In this document: positions 54,113 to 63,584 of the stretch, in pieces
Layout of the letters: the number at the start of each line of letters is the position of its first letter
Numbering within the stretch: the first letter of the stretch is position 1
Made by a program: the position numbers and the translations under genes
Assembly: GCA_943788985.1 (NCBI GenBank)
Contig: CALSSJ010000005.1
Location: forward strand, 96,001 to 160,000
Length of the DNA stretch: 64,000 nt
Source of the DNA: an uncultured Lentisphaerales bacterium
GTDB taxonomy: Bacteria > Verrucomicrobiota > Lentisphaeria > JABSQK01 > UBA12247
Direction of reading: 5' to 3'
The notes under the pieces: model-generated
What the model saw: the letters and a program-made list of their open reading frames with translations, nothing else
Told to the model about the DNA's origin: nothing
Database searches by the model: none

Positions 54113-56215
54113 ATGGAGACTGATGTAGATCGGCTGAGGCGCGCGTGCACGTGGCGCCTGCTGCTTTTGGCAGGTGTATTTTCGCTGGTGCCTTTGATGC
54201 TCGCCGGGCGGCTATGGTCGATCCAGGTGACGCAAACTGCTACCTACAAGGCGCAGATTTCGAAGCAGACCTTCCGGCGGATTCGGCTGGCGCCGGTGCG
54301 TGGCAGAATCTTCGCCGCTGATGGCGCACTGCTCGCTGATAACGAGCCTAGCCATGATGCGTACCTGCACGTGCACGAGATGCGGCAGCGCCCAGTCAGT
54401 TCCTACCGAGCCACGAGGGATCATCTGCGTGAGGTGCGGTCACAGCTTGAGCGGACAGTGGGCCGAGCGGTGGCGGTGACCGACACGCAACTACTGGCCG
54501 CGATCGGGACGCGCTCTAGCGGCGAACTGACGTTTTATCGTACGCTTTCTCCGGAAAATGTGGCGCGATTGCGGCAATCTGGGCTGCCGGACGGGTTTCG
54601 CATTGCGCGCCAGCTGGGAGCTGTCACACTGGTGTGTTCACTGACTGAATGTCGCGTGCCGGGCAAAGGCGCGAGGCAGGCGACAGCAGACTACATATAC
54701 GCGACGGTGCAGGATATAGGCAGTCTGATTGAACGAGTCCCGACTGTGGGAATTCGTGAGATAACGAGGCACATGCGGGTACGGCCCGCGCTGCGGTTGC
54801 CGATTTTTCGCAATTTGGTGGACCATGAGCTGGCTGTGCTCCAAGAGCAGATGCCGGGGATCGCTGGGCTGGACTTGAATACTGGGCTGGGGCGCGTGTA
54901 TCCAGAGCGAGATCTTGCGAGTCATCTGCTGGGATGGGTCGGGCGACGAGACCCCGCCACCGAGAGCGAGCGAAATGAATTTAATTACTGGCTGCCGGAG
55001 TTGCATGGCCGAGCGGGCCTGGAAGCGGCGTTCGATGATCAGCTTGGCGGTCAGGGCGGGATGGAGTTTGTGAAGGTAGATAGTACGGGCTTCTTCTACG
55101 AATCTGTGGGCAAGGATCCAGCCCAGCGGGGCGCAGATTTGCATCTGACGATCGACAGCCGCGCGCAGCGCATTGCGCAGTCGCAGTTGTCTGGGCTTCG
55201 TGGCGCTTTGGTGGCGATGGATGTCGATTCGGGAGCGGTGCTCGCATGTGTCTCCGCGCCTGGTTTTGACCTGATGGGGCTGCAGAGGGAATCAGGGTAT
55301 GGCGAGATATTGGCCGCACCAGGCACGCCGCTACGCAACCGGGCCGTTCATGCGGATTACGCTCCAGGCTCGATCGTGAAGCCGCTGGTGGCGCTCTGCG
55401 CTCTCGATCATGGAGTCATCGACCCCGCGACGGAGTTTCCTTGTCCAGGGTACTATGCGTTTGGGGATGGCAGCAGGATCAGCTGTGCGGTGAAGAGCGG
55501 GCATGGATCATTGACGGTGAGTCAGGCACTCGAACGCTCGTGTAACCCGTTCTTTATCGAAACCGGTCTGAAATTAGGGGTAGACCGGCTCGAGGCAACG
55601 ATGCGGGAAGCGAATATCGGAGAGCTCCCTGGCCTTGAGGTCTCGCGCCGCTGGTCGCGGGGGCGCCGGCCGTCGCGCACGGCGTTGAAACGCCAGCTTG
55701 ATCGCAACTGGCGCGCCTTTGATACGGCGCTGGTCTCGATGGGGCAGGGCTTTATTAATATCAGCCCTCTGCAGGCCACCGTGGTCACAGCGGCTATTGC
55801 TAACGGTGGCCACGTTCTCAAACCCCGGCTGGTCGAGGCGCTCAGGGATGACAAGGGACCGATTGAGATTTGGCCGCGACAGTTCACCGGCAAGATCGAT
55901 GCGGCACCCGAACATTTTGCCCTGATTCGCGAGGCGATGAGGAGTGTGGTTGTGGGAGCGGCCGCGACAGCGCCCAGCGCGCGATCGGAGATTGTGCAGA
56001 TCGCTGGGAAGACCGGTACGGCTGAGATCGGGCCTCGGGATGCGCGACGTAAGAATACGTGGTTTACCTGCTTTGCGCCGTACGACCGGCCGCGCTACGC
56101 GGTGACGGTGCTGGTAGAGGATGGGCAGTCTGGCGGGGGAACGGCGGCACCGATTGCGCGCAAGTTTTTAGAGGAGTTTCTGCAGCTTCAGAGAGCTGAG
56201 CTCGCGGCAGATTGA
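54113..56215 (+). CDS. mrdA: Penicillin-binding protein 2 (class B)
   Basis: RG.I...DG..LA, R.YP, G..GLE..FD..L.G, SIVK (SxxK), SCN (SxN), KTGT. Confidence 0.92.
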   Translation: METDVDRLRRACTWRLLLLAGVFSLVPLMLAGRLWSIQVTQTATYKAQISKQTFRRIRLAPVRGRIFAADGALLADNEPSHDAYLHVHEMRQRPVSSYRATRDHLREVRSQLERTVGRAVAVTDTQLLAAIGTRSSGELTFYRTLSPENVARLRQSGLPDGFRIARQLGAVTLVCSLTECRVPGKGARQATADYIYATVQDIGSLIERVPTVGIREITRHMRVRPALRLPIFRNLVDHELAVLQEQMPGIAGLDLNTGLGRVYPERDLASHLLGWVGRRDPATESERNEFNYWLPELHGRAGLEAAFDDQLGGQGGMEFVKVDSTGFFYESVGKDPAQRGADLHLTIDSRAQRIAQSQLSGLRGALVAMDVDSGAVLACVSAPGFDLMGLQRESGYGEILAAPGTPLRNRAVHADYAPGSIVKPLVALCALDHGVIDPATEFPCPGYYAFGDGSRISCAVKSGHGSLTVSQALERSCNPFFIETGLKLGVDRLEATMREANIGELPGLEVSRRWSRGRRPSRTALKRQLDRNWRAFDTALVSMGQGFINISPLQATVVTAAIANGGHVLKPRLVEALRDDKGPIEIWPRQFTGKIDAAPEHFALIREAMRSVVVGAAATAPSARSEIVQIAGKTGTAEIGPRDARRKNTWFTCFAPYDRPRYAVTVLVEDGQSGGGTAAPIARKFLEEFLQLQRAELAAD

Positions 56216-56581
56216 ACAGGCTCAGGGATTTCCCTCGTCTTCGTCCTCGAAAGGGACAGTTGTCGCCGTGTCCACGACTCCTCGGCGGGCCAGATGGAAG
56301 ATAGAGGTGGGCGATTCTAGGTTGCCACGCCGTCAACCTCCCGCGTCGAACTCTCTCCTCAACCCAATCTGATACGAGGTGCGTAGGAGGATGGGGGCGA
56401 GGTCGATCGGTACCGTTTCCATTTTCCGGGCCGTGCGGATGATCCTCGCTCAGGCGCAGTTCCCGGATCAAGATCGCTGAGGCTTGGCCGCCAGAGCTCA
56501 GACGTCCCTGCGTAAACCCGACCGTTCCTTTGCCAGGAAATAGACACTGATTTGCGAGCAGTCCTTTTTCGGAGTCGTGAA

Positions 56582-56681
56582 TGTCCAACATCCAACAAGG
56601 AATTTACAATGTCCAAGACATGGAATACCTACTCGACGCTCTTCATTTGACAAGTGGAAATTCCTTGTTGGCTGTTGGACA
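56582..56681. repeat. Long inverted repeat (MITE/REP-like)
   Basis: TGTCCAACATCCAACAAGGAATTT (56582-56605) and AAATTCCTTGTTGGCTGTTGGACA (56658-56681), 23/24 complementary. Confidence 0.8.
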
Positions 56682-56755
56682 ATTACTTGGGACAACGGTC
56701 TGAGTTCTGGGCCGCAGAAATGCACGGCAACTCAACGCCTGGAGGAAAGGCGGCC

Positions 56756-57670
56756 TCAGTCGGGAACCTTGCGGCAATTCTCCCCGATTTCTTTGAGGTT
56801 CGCAGAGAAAAGTTGGCTTCCTGATTGGAGTCGGTCCGCAGCTTTGCGCCGAATCACCAGCAGTTCCGTCACCTCGTTGTAGCGCACTGTAGCTGTGCGC
56901 GGGACACCAAGAAGCAGCGAAATCTCGCCAAAATAATCCTAGGGGCCGAGTTCGCAGATCGTTTCTTCTTCCTCGTCACTGCCAGCCACGACGCGGACGG
57001 AGCCATTTTTGATCACGTATAAATCTCTGCTGTTATCGCCCTTTCGCACCACCTATTCGTCCTCTTCCAAGACCATGGTCTCGACGAAGGGGATGGTGAC
57101 ACGTAATCGCTCCGGATGCAAGTCTCGAAAGATCGGGGTCCTGGCGAGTAACCGAAAGCACTCCCGAACGAAGCCGATAATCATGAACAGAACCACAATC
57201 AGGACGATCTGGTCCATGTAGTACTCAGGGACATTCCCGCGAGCAGGGAAGATGTATTGATCCAGCGCTGTCGCCGCGAGGATCAAGCTGCAGAACGTGA
57301 TCACTGCCAGCAACCCCAGTACCTAAAGGCGACGTAGGGGCAAGGGTAAAGCTGCCAGTGCGCGGGCGAATAGATCGGAACCTGGGATATCAAAGCTAGT
57401 ACGCTTTTTCCGGGGGTGTGGGGCATCGGCATTTTCTGGATCAGACGCCAAAAAGCCGGCAGCCCACAGCCGCTTGACCATTGTAATGAGGCACTGCAGG
57501 ATCAACGTTCGGCGGTGAATTAGATACTGTTGGCAGATGCTTTCCACCGAGTTCTCACCGGTGCAGAGGCCCCAGAGATTGCGCTCCTGTTCCGACATGA
57601 TGACCACGTCCGGAAGATCGTCATGCAGTAGCAGGTAGCTTGCCTGAGGCTCGTCGCGTCCTCGACCCAC
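56756..57670 (-). pseudogene. Interrupted membrane protein with C-terminal cyclic-nucleotide-binding domain
   Basis: One frame with three TAGs; tail reads VVRKGD...LYVIKNGSV...ELGP*DYFGEISLL..PRTATV. Confidence 0.8.
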
Positions 57671-57793
57671 GATGCGGACGCCATCGATTGGGCGAGGTCA
57701 GAAGGTCTACGGATTGAACAACTCTTGCATCTAGGGTGCGTCGAAGCCAGCGGGCAACGGAAGTGGTTGAGGGTGCAAGAGCCCGGTCACAAT

Positions 57794-58543
57794 CTACTCT
57801 TCCTTTCGCGTGGAAGGCTCCAGTTTTTTATGCTCGCCATGCCAGAAGTCATAGCCTCCGGTGCCTTTTCCGCCCATGTAGTTGGGCCAGCTCTGGCGCG
57901 TCTCGACGGCTCCGTTCACGAACAGGAAAAGCGCTTGGTCGCCGATATGTCGAGCGTAGGGCAAGCCAAGTGCTGGTTGCGTGCCGAGCGCATCGGCAAA
58001 CGTAGCACCGGTCATGCTGAAGCCAGAGACCGTGGTGTCATACGCGAAATCATGGAAAAAATTTCCGCCAGCAGCGTCTGCCAACAGGACCGTGGCGGAA
58101 GGGTCGAGCAGACCTTGGTATTGCATTTGGTAGAACTGATCGTACTTCCCCTGCCATTCATTGGTCAGTTTGCTGGAAATGTGCTGATTGATGCCATAGG
58201 TGCTTCCCCGCCAAAAGGCCTCCGCTTCCTGGCTAGAGTCATGGGATACAAGGTTCTGTGAAGGGCAGGCGAAGGCGCCTGCCGGGGCCACTCTTTGATC
58301 CACTGTCAGGCCATCCATGGCCGCAACCGCATTGACCCAGCCATCTTCCCACGGGGGCAAGCCCTCGTAGGTTCTCGAATACAGGTTTAAACCCTTATGG
58401 AGCTGTCGAAGATTATCCTGACACGCGGCAATCTGACCGTGCGCAGTCACTTTGATGATCGTCGGGAGAAACAGGGAGCCGATTGACAGTAGCACCGTGA
58501 CCACGATCACCAGCTCAATAAGGTTAAACCTGCGTCTGCTCAT
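57794..58543 (-). CDS. Prepilin-type N-terminal / DUF1559-like (H-X9-DG) protein
   Basis: FNLIELVIVV..L...LFLP, C..NLRQ, F.CPS, YGIN, RH.....LFVNG.V. Confidence 0.85.
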   Translation of the reverse strand: MSRRRFNLIELVIVVTVLLSIGSLFLPTIIKVTAHGQIAACQDNLRQLHKGLNLYSRTYEGLPPWEDGWVNAVAAMDGLTVDQRVAPAGAFACPSQNLVSHDSSQEAEAFWRGSTYGINQHISSKLTNEWQGKYDQFYQMQYQGLLDPSATVLLADAAGGNFFHDFAYDTTVSGFSMTGATFADALGTQPALGLPYARHIGDQALFLFVNGAVETRQSWPNYMGGKGTGGYDFWHGEHKKLEPSTRKEE

Positions 58544-58995
58544 TCAGCATTTTCCGGAAGATAGTCCGCCCAGGAATTTGGCGTCTCGAAAAGTCGAAGC
58601 CGCGCGATCTTCAAGGACCGCGGAATGACCCCATTGAGCTGCTCATAGCACCAACAGGCGATATTCTCTGCGGTGGGAATGAAGGGCACCACAACGACCC
58701 GAAACTCTTCATCGCACGATTCGTAGAAGGCTCGCATCGTGGTATCCGACTCGGCCAGCATGAACCCGTGGTCCAGCACATCGTGAATGTGCTTGGTGAG
58801 CGCAGTTTTCAGGTCGCCGAAGTCATGCACCATGCCTTCTGAACTATCCCCCTGCGTGGCAATCACAGCCCCGCGCACGGTCAGCTCAAGCCGGTAGCGA
58901 TGGCCATGAGGATTTCGACACTTACTCTTGTGATTGGGCACACGGTGTCCCATGTCCCACTCGATAATTCTGGTGATTTGTGTAGTTCCGTTCAT
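58540..58995 (-). CDS. queD: 6-carboxy-5,6,7,8-tetrahydropterin synthase
   Basis: GHR.P.H..KC.N.HGHRY, GMV.DF, LDH, PTAENIA, L.ETP. Confidence 0.92.
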   Translation of the reverse strand: MNGTTQITRIIEWDMGHRVPNHKSKCRNPHGHRYRLELTVRGAVIATQGDSSEGMVHDFGDLKTALTKHIHDVLDHGFMLAESDTTMRAFYESCDEEFRVVVVPFIPTAENIACWCYEQLNGVIPRSLKIARLRLFETPNSWADYLPENAE

Positions 58996-59094
58996 CAGTC
59001 CCGCACATTGCGTTTGAAGAATGTCGTACCCTACGCGGCAAGCCGCCGTTCGCAAGACCGGACCATCAACCTGTCGATCCTGAATGTCGCCAAG

Positions 59095-59345
59095 CTAAAG
59101 CACGTAAGCTTGTGGCCGGAGCTGGTTGGGACTCATCCACGTCCTCTGGCCGTTGCGCATCAGATCACGCACACCGCCGATGTGCAGGCCAATCACCTCC
59201 ACATCCGGCTTCTCGTCTCGCTGAAGCAGAAACTCACCGCCAGGTCCGACCACATAGCTGCCACCATTGTGTCGGCTGGTATCGTTTACCAACTCGATAA
59301 ACATCTGGTTCCCCGCGGCACGACATTGTTTGAATCGCTCGCTAT
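59095..59345 (-). pseudogene. C-terminal remnant of a carbon-nitrogen hydrolase (nitrilase family)
   Basis: Frame reads RAAGNQMFIELVN...NGGSYVVGPGGE...LRPQAY; the upstream part is disrupted. Confidence 0.6.
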
Positions 59346-59780
59346 GAGCTCAGATTACATCACACTCAAGGTCTTGGGTTTCCCCAGCCATCGGGCAGAC
59401 CACAAGTTCCGCCCCGAACTGCTTTACTCCCCTTGTTTGAGCGTTCGACCGATTGTTTCCCCCAGTCCGAGGGAGCGGTGCGCTCCTTGGTCGCTAAAGT
59501 TGTGACCTTCCAACGTTAGACGTACACCCTTGCAGAGGGACTGTTTCGCTTCGCGGGGCTGCCTGTGGCGGTCTCTCGTTCCGAGCGCCGCCATTAAAAA
59601 CTGAATGGCTCGAAACGAGGCTGCGGTGTGGCTCATAGTGGTTCACTCGGTGCATTGTGTTGAGTCTGTCCCTGCTCGGGTGCGTGCCGCTTCGCCTGCT
59701 TAGCTGGCTTGCGGACATTGGCATTCGACCTGCTTGGTACTGGTGCACAGTTTTTTAGAACCAACCGGAGAGGCCCAGAG

Positions 59781-59921
59781 ATGGACAAGCCAAGCAACCA
59801 GAAACCGCAACTGATCAGGCTCGAAGACCTGCTACCCAAGGCAAATGTCAAGGGCAGCGGATCTGGCGGCGTGATTTTCGGGGCTGAGCGCAAGCAGCGC
59901 GATCAGTCCACCAACAAGTAA
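59781..59921 (+). CDS. 46-aa micropeptide with leader-like LIRLEDLLPK.NVKG motif
   Basis: GGAGAGG RBS, ATG, stop 16 nt before the large gene. Confidence 0.6.
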   Translation: MDKPSNQKPQLIRLEDLLPKANVKGSGSGGVIFGAERKQRDQSTNK

Positions 59922-59937
59922 CCCCAAGAGAGAGACC

Positions 59938-62900
59938 ATGAACTCCTTAAAACGAAATTACTTTAGCATGACCGAAATCGTGCTGGCGCTAATCGTCGTT
60001 GTCGCAGGCATCGTCGTGATCATGGGCCTGATGCCCGTGGGCATGAAGGCGCACAGCGAGGCAATGGCACAATCAAATGCGGCAGATTCCGCTGAACAGT
60101 TCCTCCACTATGTGCGCAGTGAAGTGCGGGCAGACTGGGCCTTCATCAATGCGTTCCCCGACAGCAAGCCAGGTCCGAATGACGGACCACTGCTTGACGG
60201 CGGAGTTGGCGTAGCCGCAGCGTCTGCCGCGGATATGATTTGGAGCAGTGACGACCTGCTGCCTGGTGCAGCTGCTAAGATCAGCTTCAGCGCCATGAAC
60301 CTAGACGATGACTGGGATCCTGAATTTCACACCTCAGGCGTATTCCGTGTGCAGCAAATGACGGGCGAGAAGGTGGACTTCAGTGCCGGAATGCTGGCTT
60401 GGAAGACAGGCGCTGCCTACAATGACGACGCCGATGAGGCGATGAGCTTCTTCATCAATGTCGAGGTGAGTTGGCCCATTACGGTCGATTATGCAGCACG
60501 CGATCAGGCGATGTTCATGATCGAAGTGTTCAAGCCGCAACGCACGGACATGGCCCAGTTTACTGGTGGAAAGATCTGTACCATGATTGATCTGGCTGCG
60601 GGGACCTCAATCGAGGGCCAGGGCGTGATCGACGAAGCGTTGATTGTGACTGCCTCGACCGCAACCGGTGTAGCCCTCCTGCAGGGTCAGGAACCGTTCC
60701 TGTTTACCGCGCCCAACAGCGGCAACAGCACCGAAACAGGCTGTGGGAATGCCGCCACCTTCGGCGATGCCTCCGAATCAGAGGCAAACCGAGCCAATGA
60801 CTTTACCTTTTCCTTTGCCAATAGCGGTACGGTCAGTCTCTTTTCCATGCGTATGCTTGACTACGGTGACTACAACCCCGCAGGTGCGACCTCGCACGGT
60901 GTTAGTCTCGTGGCCTACGACGCGTCTGGGACAATCGTGGACAAATCCACGCTGAGCTACACATCCTCTGCTGACTTGCTGCCGGGTGACGGCGGTGGCG
61001 CCCCAGGCGATCTGCAGATCGCGGGGGATGCCTGTAGCGCTGCTCCCGGTGATCCAGGAAACTACACCTTTGTCGTCGCTGGTGCTGGCATTGCCAGCGC
61101 TTCGCTGGAGTTCAGCCACAATGGTGACGCCAGCTACCAGGTCTCCGATCCAGCGATCGCCTTTGCCGATATCTGCTTTACGCTGGAATCCACGAGCGAG
61201 GACGATCCGGACGATCCGGACGATCCTGATGTCGACGACACCTACGTCGTTGGCTTTGTTGAGGCCAGATCGGCCGGAGGCGAGGGTGTTGGCAGTGCTT
61301 CCTTCGCACTTGAAGTCCGCAGCCTTAGAAATGGAAATGGTGGCGTAGCTGCAGCAGCAGCCCCTGGCTCTGACATCAGCGTTGACTATGTTGTGACTGG
61401 TACCGCAACTGCGGGCCTTGACTACACCCTGGCAGCAGGAACTGTGGCTGTACCTTTGCTCGGCTCAGCAATTACCGCCCTGATCATCGACGACACGCTC
61501 GTTGAGGAGAGTGAGACGATTGTCGTGACCTTGACCAACCCGGCCAATGCAGATCTTGGCGAAATCCCCACGCACACCCACACCATCTTGGATGACGACT
61601 CCGATGATCCCGAAGCCGAGCTTCCAACGGTGTCCTTCCTGGTGTCTGCATCTGCCAATGCCGAATCCGTGACCAACCCGATCTTGACCGTGGTGCTTTC
61701 CGCAGCCTCGACCGACGCCGTCACCGTGGGCTACAGCCATACAGGTGGTACCGCAACCGCGGGGGGCGACTTCACCATGGCTAGCAGCGGGGTCTCTGCC
61801 GCATCCGTGGGCGCGATCAGCTTTGCTCCTGGCGAGACCACGATGTTCATACCGCTCACGATCATCGATGACCTTGATATTGAAGAAGATGAGACCATCC
61901 AGATCACCCTGGTGTCACCGGTTAATGCCACCTTGGGGACTACTCCGGTGCACACCTACGGCGTCTTGGATAACGATAATTGTACCGACGTACTTGGTGG
62001 TGGTGATCTGAACATCAACCCAGCCAACAGCGATGGGAACATTTTCAGCTATACAACCGACAGCGGTAACACCGACATGATCGACATGAAGGACTACTTC
62101 CATGCAAATGGAAACACCAACATGAGCTACAGTGGTCCTGCCTCACAGGTGCAGGTCATGGTAAAAGCAACCGGACGGACCATGACCATCAATGGCGAAA
62201 GTGTTACGCTTGACACCAACAAGCGCTACACGTTCTCTGGAGACATGACCATAAACTTGCGTAATACCAAGCCCAGTCCCAGAAGCTGGGGGGCAGCGCA
62301 TGGGCATTGGTGGATTTCGCTCACCGGCGCAGATATCTGCTACACGTCGGCTGATGCTCCAGCACCGGCGTATCCTGATATCAGCTTCACTGCGGCAGCT
62401 GCCAACGGTGCCGAATCTGCCGGCTCGGCGAACATTCAAGTTGAACTGAGCAGTGTGCAGGGAAAAGCTGTTCAGGTGGACTATACGGTGACAGGCACAG
62501 CGACCGGAAGCGGCGTAGACTACAGCTTACAGAGTGGAACCCTGTTTCTGCCTGCGGGTACTCTGACTGCCTCGCTGTCTCTGCCAATCGTGAATGATGC
62601 AGCCGAGGAATCTGCCGAAACAGTCGTGCTTACGCTGTCCAATCCAGTGGAAACGTTCCTAGGGACAAACGCAGTGCTCACCTTCACCATCGAAGATGAC
62701 GACGGTGTGGCACCACCTATACCGCCTACAGTGCCCATTGGATCAACTGTGGCTGGTGAAGTGAACCTGAACTATGGGAGCAACGCTGCGGTGGCGTTCA
62801 CCATGGTGACTCCCACAGGGACCATCACCCAGTCTACGTTGAAGTCTGGTGGTGGAGGCTACAGCTACAATGGTTCCGCTTCCTCCGTTACCTTCCGGCC

Positions 62901-63093
62901 ACGGAGTGCAGATCGGACATTGACGATTGATGGCGCTGCCACCAATCTCAGTACCAGTACGACCTACACCATCACTGGCGACCTGACGGTGAACCTGCAC
63001 AACACCGACGGGTCCAGTAAGTGGAAAACCAACAGGTCGCGTTGGTATATCGACCTCAGCGGCACCGGGCTCTCGATTATGCCCACGCCCTGA
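59938..63093 (+). CDS. Giant type IV pilin-like N-terminus protein with three Calx-beta-like domains and two copies of an unrecognised beta domain
   Basis: KRNY-FSMTEIVLAL..V..GI...MGL.PVG; three V.Y..TGTA..G.DY...G...I.DD...E..ET..L..P.NA.LG repeats. Confidence 0.82.
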   Translation: MNSLKRNYFSMTEIVLALIVVVAGIVVIMGLMPVGMKAHSEAMAQSNAADSAEQFLHYVRSEVRADWAFINAFPDSKPGPNDGPLLDGGVGVAAASAADMIWSSDDLLPGAAAKISFSAMNLDDDWDPEFHTSGVFRVQQMTGEKVDFSAGMLAWKTGAAYNDDADEAMSFFINVEVSWPITVDYAARDQAMFMIEVFKPQRTDMAQFTGGKICTMIDLAAGTSIEGQGVIDEALIVTASTATGVALLQGQEPFLFTAPNSGNSTETGCGNAATFGDASESEANRANDFTFSFANSGTVSLFSMRMLDYGDYNPAGATSHGVSLVAYDASGTIVDKSTLSYTSSADLLPGDGGGAPGDLQIAGDACSAAPGDPGNYTFVVAGAGIASASLEFSHNGDASYQVSDPAIAFADICFTLESTSEDDPDDPDDPDVDDTYVVGFVEARSAGGEGVGSASFALEVRSLRNGNGGVAAAAAPGSDISVDYVVTGTATAGLDYTLAAGTVAVPLLGSAITALIIDDTLVEESETIVVTLTNPANADLGEIPTHTHTILDDDSDDPEAELPTVSFLVSASANAESVTNPILTVVLSAASTDAVTVGYSHTGGTATAGGDFTMASSGVSAASVGAISFAPGETTMFIPLTIIDDLDIEEDETIQITLVSPVNATLGTTPVHTYGVLDNDNCTDVLGGGDLNINPANSDGNIFSYTTDSGNTDMIDMKDYFHANGNTNMSYSGPASQVQVMVKATGRTMTINGESVTLDTNKRYTFSGDMTINLRNTKPSPRSWGAAHGHWWISLTGADICYTSADAPAPAYPDISFTAAAANGAESAGSANIQVELSSVQGKAVQVDYTVTGTATGSGVDYSLQSGTLFLPAGTLTASLSLPIVNDAAEESAETVVLTLSNPVETFLGTNAVLTFTIEDDDGVAPPIPPTVPIGSTVAGEVNLNYGSNAAVAFTMVTPTGTITQSTLKSGGGGYSYNGSASSVTFRPRSADRTLTIDGAATNLSTSTTYTITGDLTVNLHNTDGSSKWKTNRSRWYIDLSGTGLSIMPTP

Positions 63094-63106
63094 CCCGCCC
63101 TGAACC

Positions 63107-63136
63107 GGCTGACCGGGGGAATCTTCCCGGTCAGCC
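63107..63136 (+). terminator. GC-rich hairpin between genes (terminator or mRNA stabiliser)
   Basis: GGCTGACCGGG-N8-CCCGGTCAGCC, no U-tract. Confidence 0.5.
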
Positions 63137-63160
63137 AAACTTTAACCAAGGAGAAAAGAC

Positions 63161-63442
63161 ATGAATAAGTTCATCCTGATAGCACTGCTCACCATCAGCC
63201 CCCTGCTGGCTGCCGAGTTGATACTGGTTGGCACAGTTAGCAACGACGGTGGCTACGTGATCAGCATTGAGGACACAGACGTTTCGATCAGCGCAGATGT
63301 GGCTTCGGCTGCCAATCTCGCAGATTGGGTGGGACAATCGGTCTCAGCCACCACCGAAAGTTCGGTGGCAGTGGCCGATGGCGCCAGAGTCATTACCGTG
63401 ACGGCCATCACCGCCATCGAGAAGAGTGTAGAGGAGGAGTAA
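63161..63442 (+). CDS. Small secreted protein (possible OB-fold)
   Basis: AAGGAG RBS, signal peptide, beta-rich 93 aa. Confidence 0.7.
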   Translation: MNKFILIALLTISPLLAAELILVGTVSNDGGYVISIEDTDVSISADVASAANLADWVGQSVSATTESSVAVADGARVITVTAITAIEKSVEEE

Positions 63443-63458
63443 CTCTGCCTCTCTCGCC

Positions 63459-63491
63459 AAGGCCGACCGGGTTCTCCCGGTCGGCCTTTTT
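63459..63491 (+). terminator. Intrinsic terminator
   Basis: AAGGCCGACCGGG-TTCT-CCCGGTCGGCCTTTTT. Confidence 0.85.
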
Positions 63492-63584
63492 GTGTTTATC
63501 CCACGAAATTCGAGTAGACAAGTTGCAGACCGGCGGATAATTGCCAGACTGTAGCGTACCCAAGCTGCACCGAGCACCGCACCG

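Noticed and set aside
34917..57325. Genome-wide TAG reassignment
   Set aside because: Intact genes (thiI, ABC-F, the response regulator) end at TAG at expected lengths.
58900..59505. 201-aa plus-strand ORF
   Set aside because: Overlaps queD and the nitrilase remnant on the opposite strand; no recognisable motifs.
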